A stretch of DNA of 64,000 bases from an uncultured Desulfospira sp. (GTDB taxonomy: Bacteria > Desulfobacterota > Desulfobacteria > Desulfobacterales > Desulfobacteraceae), in the NCBI GenBank assembly GCA_963663165.1, contig OY760175.1:1472001-1536000 (forward strand), in the 5' to 3' direction. A program made the position numbers and the translations under genes. How positions within the stretch are numbered: the stretch's first letter is position 1; every line of letters begins with the position of its first letter. The notes beneath the pieces were generated by a model. It was not told where the DNA came from, did not search any database, and saw only the letters and a list, made by a program, of their open reading frames with translations. Below, one piece after another: positions 40,574 to 50,847 of this stretch.

Positions 40574-41722
40574 ATGGAAATAATGGGAATTGATGTGGGG
40601 TTTGGTTTTACAAAAGCATATAACTCAAAAAACTCTGTCATATTCAAGTCCCTGATCGGTGACGCCACAGAGATCCAGTTCCGGTCCGCTTTAGACGAAA
40701 CATCCGCCGCATCCAGACTCCATATCACCCTGGAAGGAAAATCCTATTTTTTAGGAAACTATGCCGAGCTTCAATCGAGCATTACCGAATATACCCTGGA
40801 CCAGGATACGCTCCTTGAAAAATTTGTCAAAATCATGGCCGTGGCCGCCGCCGGTGTATGCACTGATTCAGAAGGACCCATCAATGTGGTCACAGGACTT
40901 CCCGTGGGCTTTTTGAAACGCGATTCCAGACGGCTTAAGGAAATGATTAAAGGATTCCACGAAATCACCTTCCATTCGGAAAACGGCGACCAGACCACCC
41001 GGCAGATCCACATTGACCAAGTCCATGTCATTCCCCAGCCCATCGGCTCTATTTTCAATCTGATTTTTGACGAATTCGGCAAAATTACAAACCGGCCCCT
41101 GGCGACCAGTAAGATCGGCGTAGTGGATGTTGGCTTTAAAACAACGGATTTTTCCATATTTGACCATCTCCAGTATGTTGAACGGGGATCGTCCACCATT
41201 GATACGGGCATCTCCAAATGCTTTTCAGTGATTGCCAACAAACTGCGCCAGGAAAGCGGTATCAATATCGAATTATACCGGATATTCAAATTTATCGAAT
41301 CGGGCACCATCAAAATCAAGGGTAAAGAGTACAACATCACCAGTCTGAAGAAAAAAGTCTATAACCATGCTGCCAGCACCATTGCCTCTCACCTGAACCG
41401 GTTGTGGGAAAATGACTGGGACATGGATACCATTGTCCTGTCCGGCGGCGGCAGCACCCCCCTGGCCGTTTATCTGTCCCCTTTGATCGAAGGCAATGTG
41501 ATTCCTATCCAAAAGGACATAGATGCCCGGTTTAACAATGTTCAGGGGTATTGCAAATTCGGCCATTATAAATGGGGCAAACTCATCAATGAGGCAAAGG
41601 CTTCCCAAACCAGGCCTTTGGCCCTGCCTGAGCAAAACGGCCCGGATCAGCCGGCTTCAGATCCGGATCATCTGGACGGGACCCCCAAGGGACTGGCATG
41701 GCTCAGACGGCAGAACAACTGA
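40574..41722 (+). CDS. ParM/StbA-family actin-like ATPase
   Basis: GIDVGFGFTK, VVTGLP, VIPQP, VDVGFKTTD, LSGGG, NVQGY; SD AGGAGG. Confidence 0.85.
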   Translation: MEIMGIDVGFGFTKAYNSKNSVIFKSLIGDATEIQFRSALDETSAASRLHITLEGKSYFLGNYAELQSSITEYTLDQDTLLEKFVKIMAVAAAGVCTDSEGPINVVTGLPVGFLKRDSRRLKEMIKGFHEITFHSENGDQTTRQIHIDQVHVIPQPIGSIFNLIFDEFGKITNRPLATSKIGVVDVGFKTTDFSIFDHLQYVERGSSTIDTGISKCFSVIANKLRQESGINIELYRIFKFIESGTIKIKGKEYNITSLKKKVYNHAASTIASHLNRLWENDWDMDTIVLSGGGSTPLAVYLSPLIEGNVIPIQKDIDARFNNVQGYCKFGHYKWGKLINEAKASQTRPLALPEQNGPDQPASDPDHLDGTPKGLAWLRRQNN

Positions 41723-41729
41723 TAATAAG

Positions 41730-42476
41730 ATGAACCAGGAATTTATAACCGACCTGCTGTCCCGGGTGGCCGACGGGAGCCTGGATGTCAAAGACGCATC
41801 AGACAAGCTTAAACACCTGTCCTTTGAAGACATTGATTTTGCTCACATCGATCATCACCGCTCCCTTCGCAAAGGGTTTCCCGAAGTGATTTTCGGCCAG
41901 GGCAAGACCAGTGAACAGATCAACGGCATCCTTGAACGGATGGACCATGAAAACCAGATCCTGGTCACCCGGATTGATGCCCAAAAGGCCGCTGATGTGC
42001 AGCAAAAGTTCAGCCGTGCCGAATATTTTGAAGATGCCAGGCTGCTTCGAATACAAAACAGCCCCGCTGTCATCACGGGTAAAGGCACTATATTAATTGT
42101 CAGTGCCGGGACATCGGATATTCCCGTGGCCAAAGAGGCCCTTATTACAGCCGAAACCATGGGAAACCGTGTCCAAACCCTTTATGACGTAGGCGTGGCC
42201 GGGATTCACCGGCTGTTTGCCTATCAGCAGACCATTGTTGAGGCCGATGTGATTGTGGTGGCCGCCGGCATGGAAGGGGCCCTGCCCAGTGTGGTGGCCG
42301 GCATGGTCAAGGCCCCGATCATTGCCGTGCCCACCAGTGTGGGCTACGGTACCAGCTTTAACGGCCTGACCGCGTTGCTCGGGATGCTCAACTCGTGCAG
42401 CTCCAACGTGGCGGTGGTGAACATCGACAATGGATTTGGGGCGGGGTATATGGCATCGGCTATTAATCATGTTTAA
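41730..42476 (+). CDS. larB: Nickel-pincer cofactor biosynthesis protein LarB (PurE-like)
   Basis: DHHRSLRKGFPEVIFGQGK, AGTSDIPVAKEA, DVGVAGIHRL, AGMEGALPS, VPTSVGYG, NIDNGFGA. Confidence 0.92.
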   Translation: MNQEFITDLLSRVADGSLDVKDASDKLKHLSFEDIDFAHIDHHRSLRKGFPEVIFGQGKTSEQINGILERMDHENQILVTRIDAQKAADVQQKFSRAEYFEDARLLRIQNSPAVITGKGTILIVSAGTSDIPVAKEALITAETMGNRVQTLYDVGVAGIHRLFAYQQTIVEADVIVVAAGMEGALPSVVAGMVKAPIIAVPTSVGYGTSFNGLTALLGMLNSCSSNVAVVNIDNGFGAGYMASAINHV

Positions 42477-42484
42477 TTTTTTTG

Positions 42485-42511
42485 TTGACAGACAGGAAAT
42501 TAATATATAAT
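42485..42511 (+). promoter_or_regulatory. Sigma-70-like promoter of the ilv-leu operon
   Basis: TTGACA (42485) and TATAAT (42506) in AT-rich DNA; spacing is short (15 bp). Confidence 0.55.
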
Positions 42512-42539
42512 AAATCAAATTAAGAAAGAGTGAATATTT

Positions 42540-42623
42540 ATGATAAATAATATAATTAACATTCTACTAGTTGTCATTATCGTGGAGGTGGTCCTTGACA
42601 CCTCCCAACGACGGGGCTCCTAG
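42540..42623 (+). CDS. ilvL: ilv attenuator leader peptide (27 aa), not in ORF track
   Basis: MINNIINILLVVIIVEVVLDTSQRRGS*: 14 of 27 residues are Ile/Leu/Val, including tandem CTA CTA. Confidence 0.88.
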   Translation: MINNIINILLVVIIVEVVLDTSQRRGS

Positions 42624-42645
42624 TGGCATAAATTAAGACTCAACC

Positions 42646-42692
42646 AAAAAAGCCGTTATCAGCCCCAAAGGGGGGGCAGATAACGGCTTTTT
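42646..42692 (+). terminator. Attenuator terminator hairpin
   Basis: AAAAAGCCGTTATC...GATAACGGCTTTTT directly before ilvD. Confidence 0.88.
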
Positions 42693-42716
42693 CAGTTTAT
42701 GGAGATTTTAAAAAAA

Positions 42717-44417
42717 ATGAGAAGCCATATTGCAACCAAGGGCGTTGCCAGAGCCCCCCACAGAAGCCTTATGAAAGCCATGGGGTATACGGACCGTGAG
42801 ATCCGCCAGCCCCTGATCGGCATTGCCAATTCAGCCAATGAGCTCATCCCGGGACACATGCACCTGGACAACATCGTTAAAGCCGTGAAAGCCGGGGTCT
42901 CCATGGCCGGGGGAACCCCCATGGAATTCTCCACCATCGGGGTATGCGACGGCATTGCCATGAACCATGCGGGCATGCATTATTCCCTGGCATCCAGGGA
43001 ACTGATTGCCGACTCCATTGAGGTTACGGCCACGGCCCATCCCTTTGACGCCATTGTCCTGGTCCCCAACTGCGACAAAATTGTGCCGGGCATGCTCATG
43101 GCCGCGGCCCGGCTGAACATCCCGGCCATTTTCATCAGCGGCGGCCCCATGCTGGCCGGAAAACATCCGGATGATAAAACCCAAAAAGTCGACCTGATTT
43201 CCGTGTTTGAGGCTGTCGGGGCATTCCAGGCCGGCAAAATCGACCAGGCCCAGATGGACCGGATCGAAGACTGTGCCTGTCCCACCTGCGGGTCCTGTGC
43301 CGGCATGTTCACGGCCAACTCCATGAACTGCCTGACTGAGGCCATTGGCATGGCCCTGCCCGGCAACGGCACCATCCCGGAACCCATGTCCGAAAGAATC
43401 CGGCTGGCCAAGGAAACCGGCATTAAAATCATGGAACTGCTGGAAAAGAACATTACCCCGGACAAGATCATGACCCGGACCGCCTTTATGAACGCTTTAG
43501 CCGTTGACATGGCCCTTGGCTGTTCCACCAACACGGTCCTTCATTTAAAGGCCGTGGCCGCCGAAGCCGGGGTGGACATTGACCTTAACCTGATCAACGA
43601 GGTCAGCGCCAAGACCCCCCATCTGTGTTCCCTGAGCCCGGGCGGTCCCGACCACATTGAGGACCTCAACCATGCCGGCGGCATCCAGGCGGTAATGAAA
43701 GAACTCAGCGATCATGGAATGCTGGAGACCGGCATCATCACCGCCACCGGAAACACCCTGAAAGAAAATCTTGATACCGTTGAGGTCAAAGACAGACAGG
43801 TTATCCGGCCCGTTGAAGATCCCTACCATAAACAGGGAGGGCTTGCGGTGCTGTTCGGCAACCTGGCCCCGGAAGGGTGCGTGGTCAAGCAGTCTGCCGT
43901 GTTGGAAGAAATGCTGGTCCACCAGGGGCCTGCCCGGGTTTTTGATTCCGAAGAAGATGCCACCGCCGCCATCCTGGACTGTAAAATCAACCCCGGTGAC
44001 GTGATCGTGATCCGGTATGAAGGACCGGCCGGGGGACCTGGCATGCGGGAGATGCTCACCCCGACCTCAGCCATTGCCGGCATGGGGCTTGACGCCACCT
44101 GTGCCCTGATTACCGACGGCCGGTTTTCAGGGGGGTCAAGAGGGGCATCCATCGGCCATATCAGCCCGGAGGCGGCTGAAGGCGGGCTCATTGCCGTGAT
44201 CAAAGAAAATGATCCCATCAAGATCAACATTCCTGAAAAAACCCTTGAACTCATGGTAGACGATCAGGAAATCAAGGCCCGGTTCAAAGAATGGCAGAAA
44301 CCGGAGCCCAAAATTAAAAAAGGATATATGGCCCGGTATGCCCGGCAGGTCAGTTCGGCCGGCCACGGGGCGGTGTTCAAGATACAAGAGACAAGAAACA
44401 AGAAACAAGAAATTTGA
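42717..44417 (+). CDS. ilvD: Dihydroxy-acid dehydratase
   Basis: [44 protein letters not shown]. Confidence 0.97.
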   Translation: MRSHIATKGVARAPHRSLMKAMGYTDREIRQPLIGIANSANELIPGHMHLDNIVKAVKAGVSMAGGTPMEFSTIGVCDGIAMNHAGMHYSLASRELIADSIEVTATAHPFDAIVLVPNCDKIVPGMLMAAARLNIPAIFISGGPMLAGKHPDDKTQKVDLISVFEAVGAFQAGKIDQAQMDRIEDCACPTCGSCAGMFTANSMNCLTEAIGMALPGNGTIPEPMSERIRLAKETGIKIMELLEKNITPDKIMTRTAFMNALAVDMALGCSTNTVLHLKAVAAEAGVDIDLNLINEVSAKTPHLCSLSPGGPDHIEDLNHAGGIQAVMKELSDHGMLETGIITATGNTLKENLDTVEVKDRQVIRPVEDPYHKQGGLAVLFGNLAPEGCVVKQSAVLEEMLVHQGPARVFDSEEDATAAILDCKINPGDVIVIRYEGPAGGPGMREMLTPTSAIAGMGLDATCALITDGRFSGGSRGASIGHISPEAAEGGLIAVIKENDPIKINIPEKTLELMVDDQEIKARFKEWQKPEPKIKKGYMARYARQVSSAGHGAVFKIQETRNKKQEI

Positions 44418-44522
44418 AACAAGAAACAAGAAATTCGAAACGAGATACAAGAAAAATAAAGGAACTCAGACTGGATACAGGACAAGAATTCTTGTTTCTT
44501 GTATCTAGTTTCTAGTTTCTTG
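44379..44522. repeat. Inverted heptamer arrays (AAGAAAC)n / (GTTTCTT/A)n overlapping the ilvD 3' end
   Basis: aagatacaagagacaagaaacaagaaacaagaaa ... ttcttgtttcttgtatctagtttctagtttcttg. Confidence 0.8.
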
Positions 44523-44534
44523 ATCGGAGACCCA

Positions 44535-46226
44535 ATGAAACTCACAGGGGCACAGGTCCTCATAAAAATGATTAAGGCCCAGGGCGTGGACACCATTTTC
44601 GGATATCCCGGAGGGGCCACCATTGACATCCACGACGAACTTTACCGTCACAAAGATATCCGCCATATCCTGGTCCGCCACGAGCAGGGGGCGGTCCATG
44701 CGGCAGATGCCTATTCCAGAACCCATGGCACAACCGGTGTGGCCCTGGTCACCTCGGGCCCCGGGGCCACCAACGCGGTCACGGGCCTTGCCTCGGCCCA
44801 TTCAGATTCCATTCCCATGGTGGTCTTTACCGGCCAGGTGCCCACAGGGCTCATCGGCAATGACGCTTTCCAGGAAGTGGATATCGTGGGCATCACCCGG
44901 CCATGCACCAAACACAACTACCTGGTCAAAGATCCGGACAAGCTGGCCGCCATCATCCAGGAGGCCTTTTACATTGCCCGGTCCGGCCGGCCCGGGCCGG
45001 TTCTGGTGGATCTGCCTAAAAACATTATCCAGGCCCAGATTGACTTTCAAATGCCCGAAGAAACCAAGCTGCGCTCGTATAAACCCAATTACAAGCCCAA
45101 CAAAAAGCAGATGGCCAAAGTGGTCTCCATGATCCAGAAAGCCAAAAAGCCCCTTATCATGGCCGGGGGCGGGATTATTCTGTCAAAGGCGTCCAAAGAG
45201 ATTACCAAAATTGCCGAACTGACCCGGATACCGGTCACCGGCACCCTCATGGGCCTTGGGGCTTTTCCCGGCTCCCATCCCTTGTGGCTTGGCATGCCCG
45301 GCATGCACGGGACCTTTCGGGCCAACATGAGCATCGGCCACTGCGACCTGATCCTGGCGGCCGGGGTGAGGTTTGACGACCGGGTCACGGGAAAGATTGA
45401 GAGCTTTGCCCCCAACGCCAAGATTATCCAGATTGACATTGACCCCACCTCTATCCACAAAAACATCGAGGTCCACTGCCCCATTGTGGGAGACTGTAAA
45501 AACGCCCTGAAAGGTATTCTGGATCTCCTTGAAAAAGAAACGCCTGAATCCCTTACAAAGGACCGGGATGCCTGGCTTGAGCAGATCGACCAGTGGAAAC
45601 AGACCATGCCGCTCCAATATGTTCAGGATGAAAAGACCATTAAACCCCAGTTTGTGGTGGAAAAACTCTATGAAGTCACCAGGGGAGAGGCCATTATCAC
45701 CACTGAGGTAGGGCAGAACCAGATGTGGGCGGCCCAGTATTACCACTTTGATAAGCCCAACCATTTTGTCACCTCGGGGGGCTTGGGTGTCATGGGGTTC
45801 GGCCTGCCCGCCGCTATTGGTGCCAAGGCGGCCTGCCCGGACAAAGTTGTCGTTGATATTGCCGGAGACGGCTCCATCCAGATGAACAGCCAGGAACTCA
45901 TGACCGCGGTTGAATCCAAACTGGACGTTAAAATTGTGATCCTTAACAACCGGTACCTGGGCATGGTCCGCCAGTGGCAGGAACTGTTTTATGACAAGGT
46001 CTATTCCGCCACCAACATGGAAAATGCCCCGGACTTTGTCAAACTGGCCGATGCATACGGGGCCAAAGGATTCCGGTGTGATGACCCCGCAAAGGTGGAA
46101 GAGACCTTAAAGGAGGGATTAAACACGCCGGGCACGGTGATCATGGAGTTTGTTGTTGAACGGGAAGAGTCGGTCTACCCCATGGTGCCGGCCGGCAAAT
46201 CCATTACGGACATGCTGCTGGTGTAA
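44535..46226 (+). CDS. ilvB: Acetolactate synthase large subunit
   Basis: FGYPGGA, RHEQGA, TSGPGATN, GDGS..N..E TPP motif, LGMVRQWQ. Confidence 0.96.
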   Translation: MKLTGAQVLIKMIKAQGVDTIFGYPGGATIDIHDELYRHKDIRHILVRHEQGAVHAADAYSRTHGTTGVALVTSGPGATNAVTGLASAHSDSIPMVVFTGQVPTGLIGNDAFQEVDIVGITRPCTKHNYLVKDPDKLAAIIQEAFYIARSGRPGPVLVDLPKNIIQAQIDFQMPEETKLRSYKPNYKPNKKQMAKVVSMIQKAKKPLIMAGGGIILSKASKEITKIAELTRIPVTGTLMGLGAFPGSHPLWLGMPGMHGTFRANMSIGHCDLILAAGVRFDDRVTGKIESFAPNAKIIQIDIDPTSIHKNIEVHCPIVGDCKNALKGILDLLEKETPESLTKDRDAWLEQIDQWKQTMPLQYVQDEKTIKPQFVVEKLYEVTRGEAIITTEVGQNQMWAAQYYHFDKPNHFVTSGGLGVMGFGLPAAIGAKAACPDKVVVDIAGDGSIQMNSQELMTAVESKLDVKIVILNNRYLGMVRQWQELFYDKVYSATNMENAPDFVKLADAYGAKGFRCDDPAKVEETLKEGLNTPGTVIMEFVVEREESVYPMVPAGKSITDMLLV

Positions 46227-46243
46227 ACACAAAGGAAACTCAA

Positions 46244-46735
46244 ATGGAAAAAAACAGATACGTACTATCGATTCTCGTTGACAACGAACCCGGGGTCCTG
46301 TCCCGGATTGCCGGTCTGTTTTCCGGCAGGGGATTTAACATCGATTCTTTGAGCGTGGCCGAAACCATTGACCCTGAAGTCTCAAGGATCACCATGGTCA
46401 CCAGCTGTGATACCCACATCATTGAACAGATTAAAAAGCAGCTCCATAAACTGATCAATGTCATCACGGTAACCGACCTGACGGAAAAAAAATTTGTGGA
46501 GCGACAGCTGGCCCTGATCAAGGTCCATGCCAAGCCGGAAAAACGGGCCGAAATTTTAAGAATTGTGGACATCTTCAAAGCCAAGGTAATTGATGCCGGC
46601 CATACCCACTATATCATTGAGATTTCAGGGGACATGGAAAAACACGAGGCATTTATCTCTTTATTAAAACCCATGGGAATCATGGAGGTGGCCAATACCG
46701 GCACCATTGCCCTGGCCCGTGAACCTTTAAAATAA
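46244..46735 (+). CDS. ilvN: Acetolactate synthase small subunit
   Basis: DNEPGVLSRIAGLFSGRGFNIDSL, KQLHKLINV. Confidence 0.95.
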   Translation: MEKNRYVLSILVDNEPGVLSRIAGLFSGRGFNIDSLSVAETIDPEVSRITMVTSCDTHIIEQIKKQLHKLINVITVTDLTEKKFVERQLALIKVHAKPEKRAEILRIVDIFKAKVIDAGHTHYIIEISGDMEKHEAFISLLKPMGIMEVANTGTIALAREPLK

Positions 46736-46741
46736 CCATCA

Positions 46742-46827
46742 GGACATGGGATATGGGACTTGGGACCTGGGACTTGCTTAAAAAAATTTGCAGGGCAATC
46801 CAAATCCCATATCTCAAGTCCCAAGTC
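46742..46827. repeat. Inverted heptamer arrays (TGGGACT)n / (AGTCCCA)n
   Basis: ggacatgggatatgggacttgggacctgggactt ... tcccatatctcaagtcccaagtc. Confidence 0.75.
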
Positions 46828-46849
46828 TTTCATAAAATTAGGAAAGAAT

Positions 46850-48451
46850 ATGGAAAACGTCTTTCTTTACGACACCACCCTAAGGGACGGGATGCAGGGA
46901 GAAAACATCTTTTTCTCGCCCGAGGACAAGCTCAAAATTGCCAGGCGCCTGGATGATGCCGGTATCCATTACATTGAAGGCGGATGGCCGGGGTCCAATC
47001 CCGGGGCCCAGCATTTTTTTGAGCTTGCGGCAAAACAAACCTTCAAGCATGCCAGGATTGCCGCATTCGGCTCCACCCGGCGGCAGGGCATCCCATGCGA
47101 ACAGGACCCGAATCTTTCCGCGCTCATTGCCTCCAAAGCGCCGGTAATCACCATATTCGGCAAATCCTGGGATCTTCACGTCACCGAGGTCATGGAGAAC
47201 ACCAGAGCAGAAAACCTGGACATGATCACCGGGTCCGTGGCCTATCTCATGGGCCATGGCCGGGAAGTGATCTACGATGCCGAACACTTTTTTGACGGAT
47301 ACAAGGCCAATAAAGCCTTTGCTTTAGAAACCCTTGAAGCTGCGGTCAAAGGGGGCACCGACACCCTGGTGCTATGCGATACCAACGGCGGGTCCACCCC
47401 CTGTGAGATTGAAGACATTACCCGGGCCGTGGCGGCTCATTTTAAGGCAACCCCGGGGATCAAAATTGGGATTCATACCCATGACGACTGTGCCATGGCC
47501 GTGGCCAATGCGGTTACCGCCGTTCATGCCGGGGCCGTGATGGTCCAGGGCACCATTAACGGATACGGGGAGAGGTGCGGAAATGCCGATTTAACGGCCA
47601 TCATCCCCATCCTTGCCCTGAAAATGAACCGGAACTGCATCTCAAAAGAAAACCTGGCCAAGCTGCAGAACCTGTCCCGGTTTGTGTCCGAGACGGCCAA
47701 TATGCCGCCGGTCAGCACCCGGGCCTTTGTGGGAAAATCCGCCTTTGCCCACAAGGGAGGGGTCCATGTCTCGGCCATCATGAAGAACCCCAAAGCCTAT
47801 GAGCATATCAGTCCGGAACTGGTGGGCAATGTGAGACGGGTGCTGGTGTCTGAACAATCGGGAAAAAGCAATATAAGGTACAAGGCCCGGGAACTCGGGG
47901 TGGACATAGGAGACGATGAGCGGATTCACCGCCAGATCGTTTCCACCATCAAGGACCTGGAAGACGACGGGTTTGAATTTGATGCGGCGGAAGGCTCCTT
48001 GAAGCTGATCATGGAAAAGATCACCGAACAGTACCAGTCCTACTTTGACCTGGAATCTTTCCGGGTAATGGTGGAAAAGGACAAGGAAAACCCCTGCTAC
48101 TCCCATGCCATGATCAAAATCCGGGTAGGGGACAAAACCGAAATCACATCCGCCGAAGGCGACGGCCCGGTATCGGCCCTGGATAACGCCTTAAGAAAGG
48201 CCTTGTCCACCATTTATCCCCAGATCCAGGACATGCACCTGGTGGACTTTAAGGTCCGTGTCATTGACGGGTCAGACGGCACCGATGCCAAGGTCAGGGT
48301 ATTGATTGAATCCAGGGATGCGGAAAATATCTTTTCCACCATCGGGGTGTCCGAAGATATTATTGATGCCAGCTGGCAGGCTCTGGAAGACAGTTTCCAA
48401 TATAAGCTTAGTCTGGATAAGAATGTGGCAAACGGGAATAACGGTATATGA
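46850..48451 (+). CDS. cimA: Citramalate synthase
   Basis: DTTLRDGMQGE, EGGWPGSNP, FGKSWDLHV, DAEHFFDG, AFAHKGGVH. Confidence 0.93.
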   Translation: MENVFLYDTTLRDGMQGENIFFSPEDKLKIARRLDDAGIHYIEGGWPGSNPGAQHFFELAAKQTFKHARIAAFGSTRRQGIPCEQDPNLSALIASKAPVITIFGKSWDLHVTEVMENTRAENLDMITGSVAYLMGHGREVIYDAEHFFDGYKANKAFALETLEAAVKGGTDTLVLCDTNGGSTPCEIEDITRAVAAHFKATPGIKIGIHTHDDCAMAVANAVTAVHAGAVMVQGTINGYGERCGNADLTAIIPILALKMNRNCISKENLAKLQNLSRFVSETANMPPVSTRAFVGKSAFAHKGGVHVSAIMKNPKAYEHISPELVGNVRRVLVSEQSGKSNIRYKARELGVDIGDDERIHRQIVSTIKDLEDDGFEFDAAEGSLKLIMEKITEQYQSYFDLESFRVMVEKDKENPCYSHAMIKIRVGDKTEITSAEGDGPVSALDNALRKALSTIYPQIQDMHLVDFKVRVIDGSDGTDAKVRVLIESRDAENIFSTIGVSEDIIDASWQALEDSFQYKLSLDKNVANGNNGI

Positions 48452-48507
48452 GACTTGGGACTTGGGACTTGGGATAAATTCCCCATATCCCAAGTCCCAT
48501 ATCCCCA
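48449..48507. repeat. Inverted heptamer arrays (GGGACTT)n / (AAGTCCC)n
   Basis: tgagacttgggacttgggacttggga ... tccccatatcccaagtcccatatcccca. Confidence 0.75.
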
Positions 48508-48532
48508 TAACATTTTATAAGAGGACGAAAAA

Positions 48533-50077
48533 ATGAGCGAATCAAATAGAATCATTGTATTTGACACCACCTTGAGGGACGGGGAACAGTCTCCGGGGGC
48601 CAGCATGAACCAGGCGGAAAAACTCAGGATTGCCACCCGCCTGGAAGACTTGGGGGTGGACGTGATCGAAGCCGGGTTCCCGGCGGCCTCACCAGGGGAT
48701 TATGAGGCGGTCAAGGCCATTGCCGGGGTTTTGAAAAAAAGCCAGATCGCGGCCCTGTGCCGGGCAAACGAAAGCGATATCTTAAGGGGATGGGACGCCA
48801 TCAAGGATGCGGCAAAACCCAGAATCCACACCTTTATTGCCACTTCGGAACTGCACATGAAGTACAAGCTTCAGATGGAAGCGGACGATGTCCTCAAGCA
48901 GGCCGTGGAAGCTGTCCGCCTGGCCAAAAGCTTTACGGACAACGTTGAATTCTCCGCCGAAGACGGGTCACGGTCCGACCCTGACTTTTTGTGTGCTGTC
49001 TTTAAGGCGGTGATCGAAGCCGGGGCCACCACGGTCAACCTGCCGGACACCGTGGGATACGCCATTCCCGAAGAATTCGGCAACATGGTCAAATATGTCA
49101 TGGCAAACACCCCCAACATGGACCAGGCCGTTTTAAGCGTTCACTGCCATAATGACCTGGGCCTTGCCACGGCCAATACCCTGGTGGCCATTCACAACGG
49201 GGCCCGGCAGGTGGAAACCACCATCAACGGCATTGGCGAGCGAGCCGGCAACACCTCCATGGAAGAGGTGGTCATGACCCTGAACACAAGGCCCAATTAC
49301 TATCCCCAGACCACCGGGATCGACACCACCAAAATCTATCCCTTAAGCCGTCTGGTTTCCATGATCACCGGGATCATGGTCCAGCCCAACCGGCCCATTG
49401 TGGGGGCCAATGCCTTTGCCCATGAAGCCGGGATTCACCAGGACGGGATCCTCAAAAACCCCATGACCTATGAGATCATGAAGCCTGAAACCGTAGGCAT
49501 TTCCACCAACAGCCTGGTATTGGGCAAACATTCGGGCCGCCATGCCCTTAAGGCCCATATCGAGGAAATGGGGTATGAACTGTCTGAACAAGACATCAAT
49601 GTGGTCTTTAAAAAGTTTAAAATCCTGGCTGACAAGAAAAAAAGAATCCAGGACGAAGACATTGAGGCCCTGATCAATGAAGGTGTCTTAAGAAGCTCAG
49701 AAGTCTTCAGCCTGGAGTACATCCATGTCGTAAGCGGCAACACCGTATACCCCACAGCCAGTGTCAAGCTGTTGATCAACGGCCGGCCGGCCCAGTGTTC
49801 CCTTGAAGGCACCGGCCCCATTGATGCCGTCTACAACGTGATTTCCAAGCTTACCGGCACCAAGTCCGAACTGCTCCGGTTTACCATCTCGGCGTTGACC
49901 GAAGGCACCGACGCCCAGGGCGAGGTGATTGTAAGGCTCAGGGAAGACGGCATCACGGCCCTGGGAAAAGGCTCGGATTCCGATATCATCACGGCCAGCG
50001 CCTTGGCCTATATCAACGGCCTGAACCGCCTCGAATACTTAAAGGAACACCCGCCCAAAAAACAGCAGGTGGTGTAA
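48533..50077 (+). CDS. leuA: 2-isopropylmalate synthase
   Basis: DTTLRDGEQSPG, HCHNDLG, GERAGN, AHEAGIHQDG, LGKHSGR. Confidence 0.96.
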   Translation: MSESNRIIVFDTTLRDGEQSPGASMNQAEKLRIATRLEDLGVDVIEAGFPAASPGDYEAVKAIAGVLKKSQIAALCRANESDILRGWDAIKDAAKPRIHTFIATSELHMKYKLQMEADDVLKQAVEAVRLAKSFTDNVEFSAEDGSRSDPDFLCAVFKAVIEAGATTVNLPDTVGYAIPEEFGNMVKYVMANTPNMDQAVLSVHCHNDLGLATANTLVAIHNGARQVETTINGIGERAGNTSMEEVVMTLNTRPNYYPQTTGIDTTKIYPLSRLVSMITGIMVQPNRPIVGANAFAHEAGIHQDGILKNPMTYEIMKPETVGISTNSLVLGKHSGRHALKAHIEEMGYELSEQDINVVFKKFKILADKKKRIQDEDIEALINEGVLRSSEVFSLEYIHVVSGNTVYPTASVKLLINGRPAQCSLEGTGPIDAVYNVISKLTGTKSELLRFTISALTEGTDAQGEVIVRLREDGITALGKGSDSDIITASALAYINGLNRLEYLKEHPPKKQQVV

Positions 50078-50124
50078 GCCAACAGGTTCATGCCGGGATT
50101 CGCTTTACCAGCCGAAACCCGGCA

Positions 50125-50173
50125 TTGACAAAACCGGCAAACTGAATTACCATTTTTTAAAAAAGGTAATTCA
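50125..50173 (+). promoter_or_regulatory. TA promoter with overlapping autoregulatory palindrome
   Basis: TTGACA-17 bp-TACCAT; TGAATTACC (50143-50151) / GGTAATTCA (50165-50173). Confidence 0.7.
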
Positions 50174-50185
50174 ACGAGGTGATTT

Positions 50186-50410
50186 ATGAGAAGCACAATC
50201 ACAGCACGGGGCCAGACAGTTATCCCGGCTGCCATTAGACAAAAATTTAATATAACCAGTGCGGATCGCTTAGAATGGATCATTGAAAATAATAATTTAC
50301 GGGTAGTGCCGGTTAAACCCAATCCAATTGATGAATTTCGTGGTAAAGGAAAAGGCGGGTCGGCCAAAAGACTTGTGGCCGACCGGAAAAAAGACCGGGG
50401 CCTTGAATGA
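50186..50410 (+). CDS. AbrB/MazE-type antitoxin (VapB)
   Basis: TITARGQTVIPAAIRQKFNI AbrB fold. Confidence 0.85.
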   Translation: MRSTITARGQTVIPAAIRQKFNITSADRLEWIIENNNLRVVPVKPNPIDEFRGKGKGGSAKRLVADRKKDRGLE

Positions 50411-50811
50411 AACGATATGTTTTAGATACATCGGCATTGTTAACTTTGCGCGATGATGAAAATGGTGCCGATATTGTCGCCGACCTGCTTTACGAGGCTC
50501 AAAATCAAAAATGCCGGTGCTACGGCTGTTTTCTTTCCCTTATGGAAATATTATACCGGGTCTGGAAGGATGAAGACGAAATGGCCGGCCGGATAGCTTA
50601 TGAACAATGCCAATCTTTGCCGATTACATGGATCCATGAAACCAAAGACCTGCTCGAACTTGCCGCTAAAATTAAAGCAGAAAACTCGCTTTCCGTTGTT
50701 GATGCCTGGATAGCGGCCGTTTCAATACACAAAGACGCTGTTTTGGTCCATAAAGACCCGGAATTTAAAACCATTTCGTATCCTCAGTTAGAACTTCCGT
50801 ACAAAAAATAG
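50407..50811 (+). CDS. PIN-domain toxin (VapC-like)
   Basis: VLDTSA, E, SVVDAWIAA, VHKDPEF; ATGA overlap with antitoxin. Confidence 0.88.
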   Translation: MKRYVLDTSALLTLRDDENGADIVADLLYEAQNQKCRCYGCFLSLMEILYRVWKDEDEMAGRIAYEQCQSLPITWIHETKDLLELAAKIKAENSLSVVDAWIAAVSIHKDAVLVHKDPEFKTISYPQLELPYKK

Positions 50812-50847
50812 ACCTGCCGATTGAAACATATCCAGGCCAAACCAACA

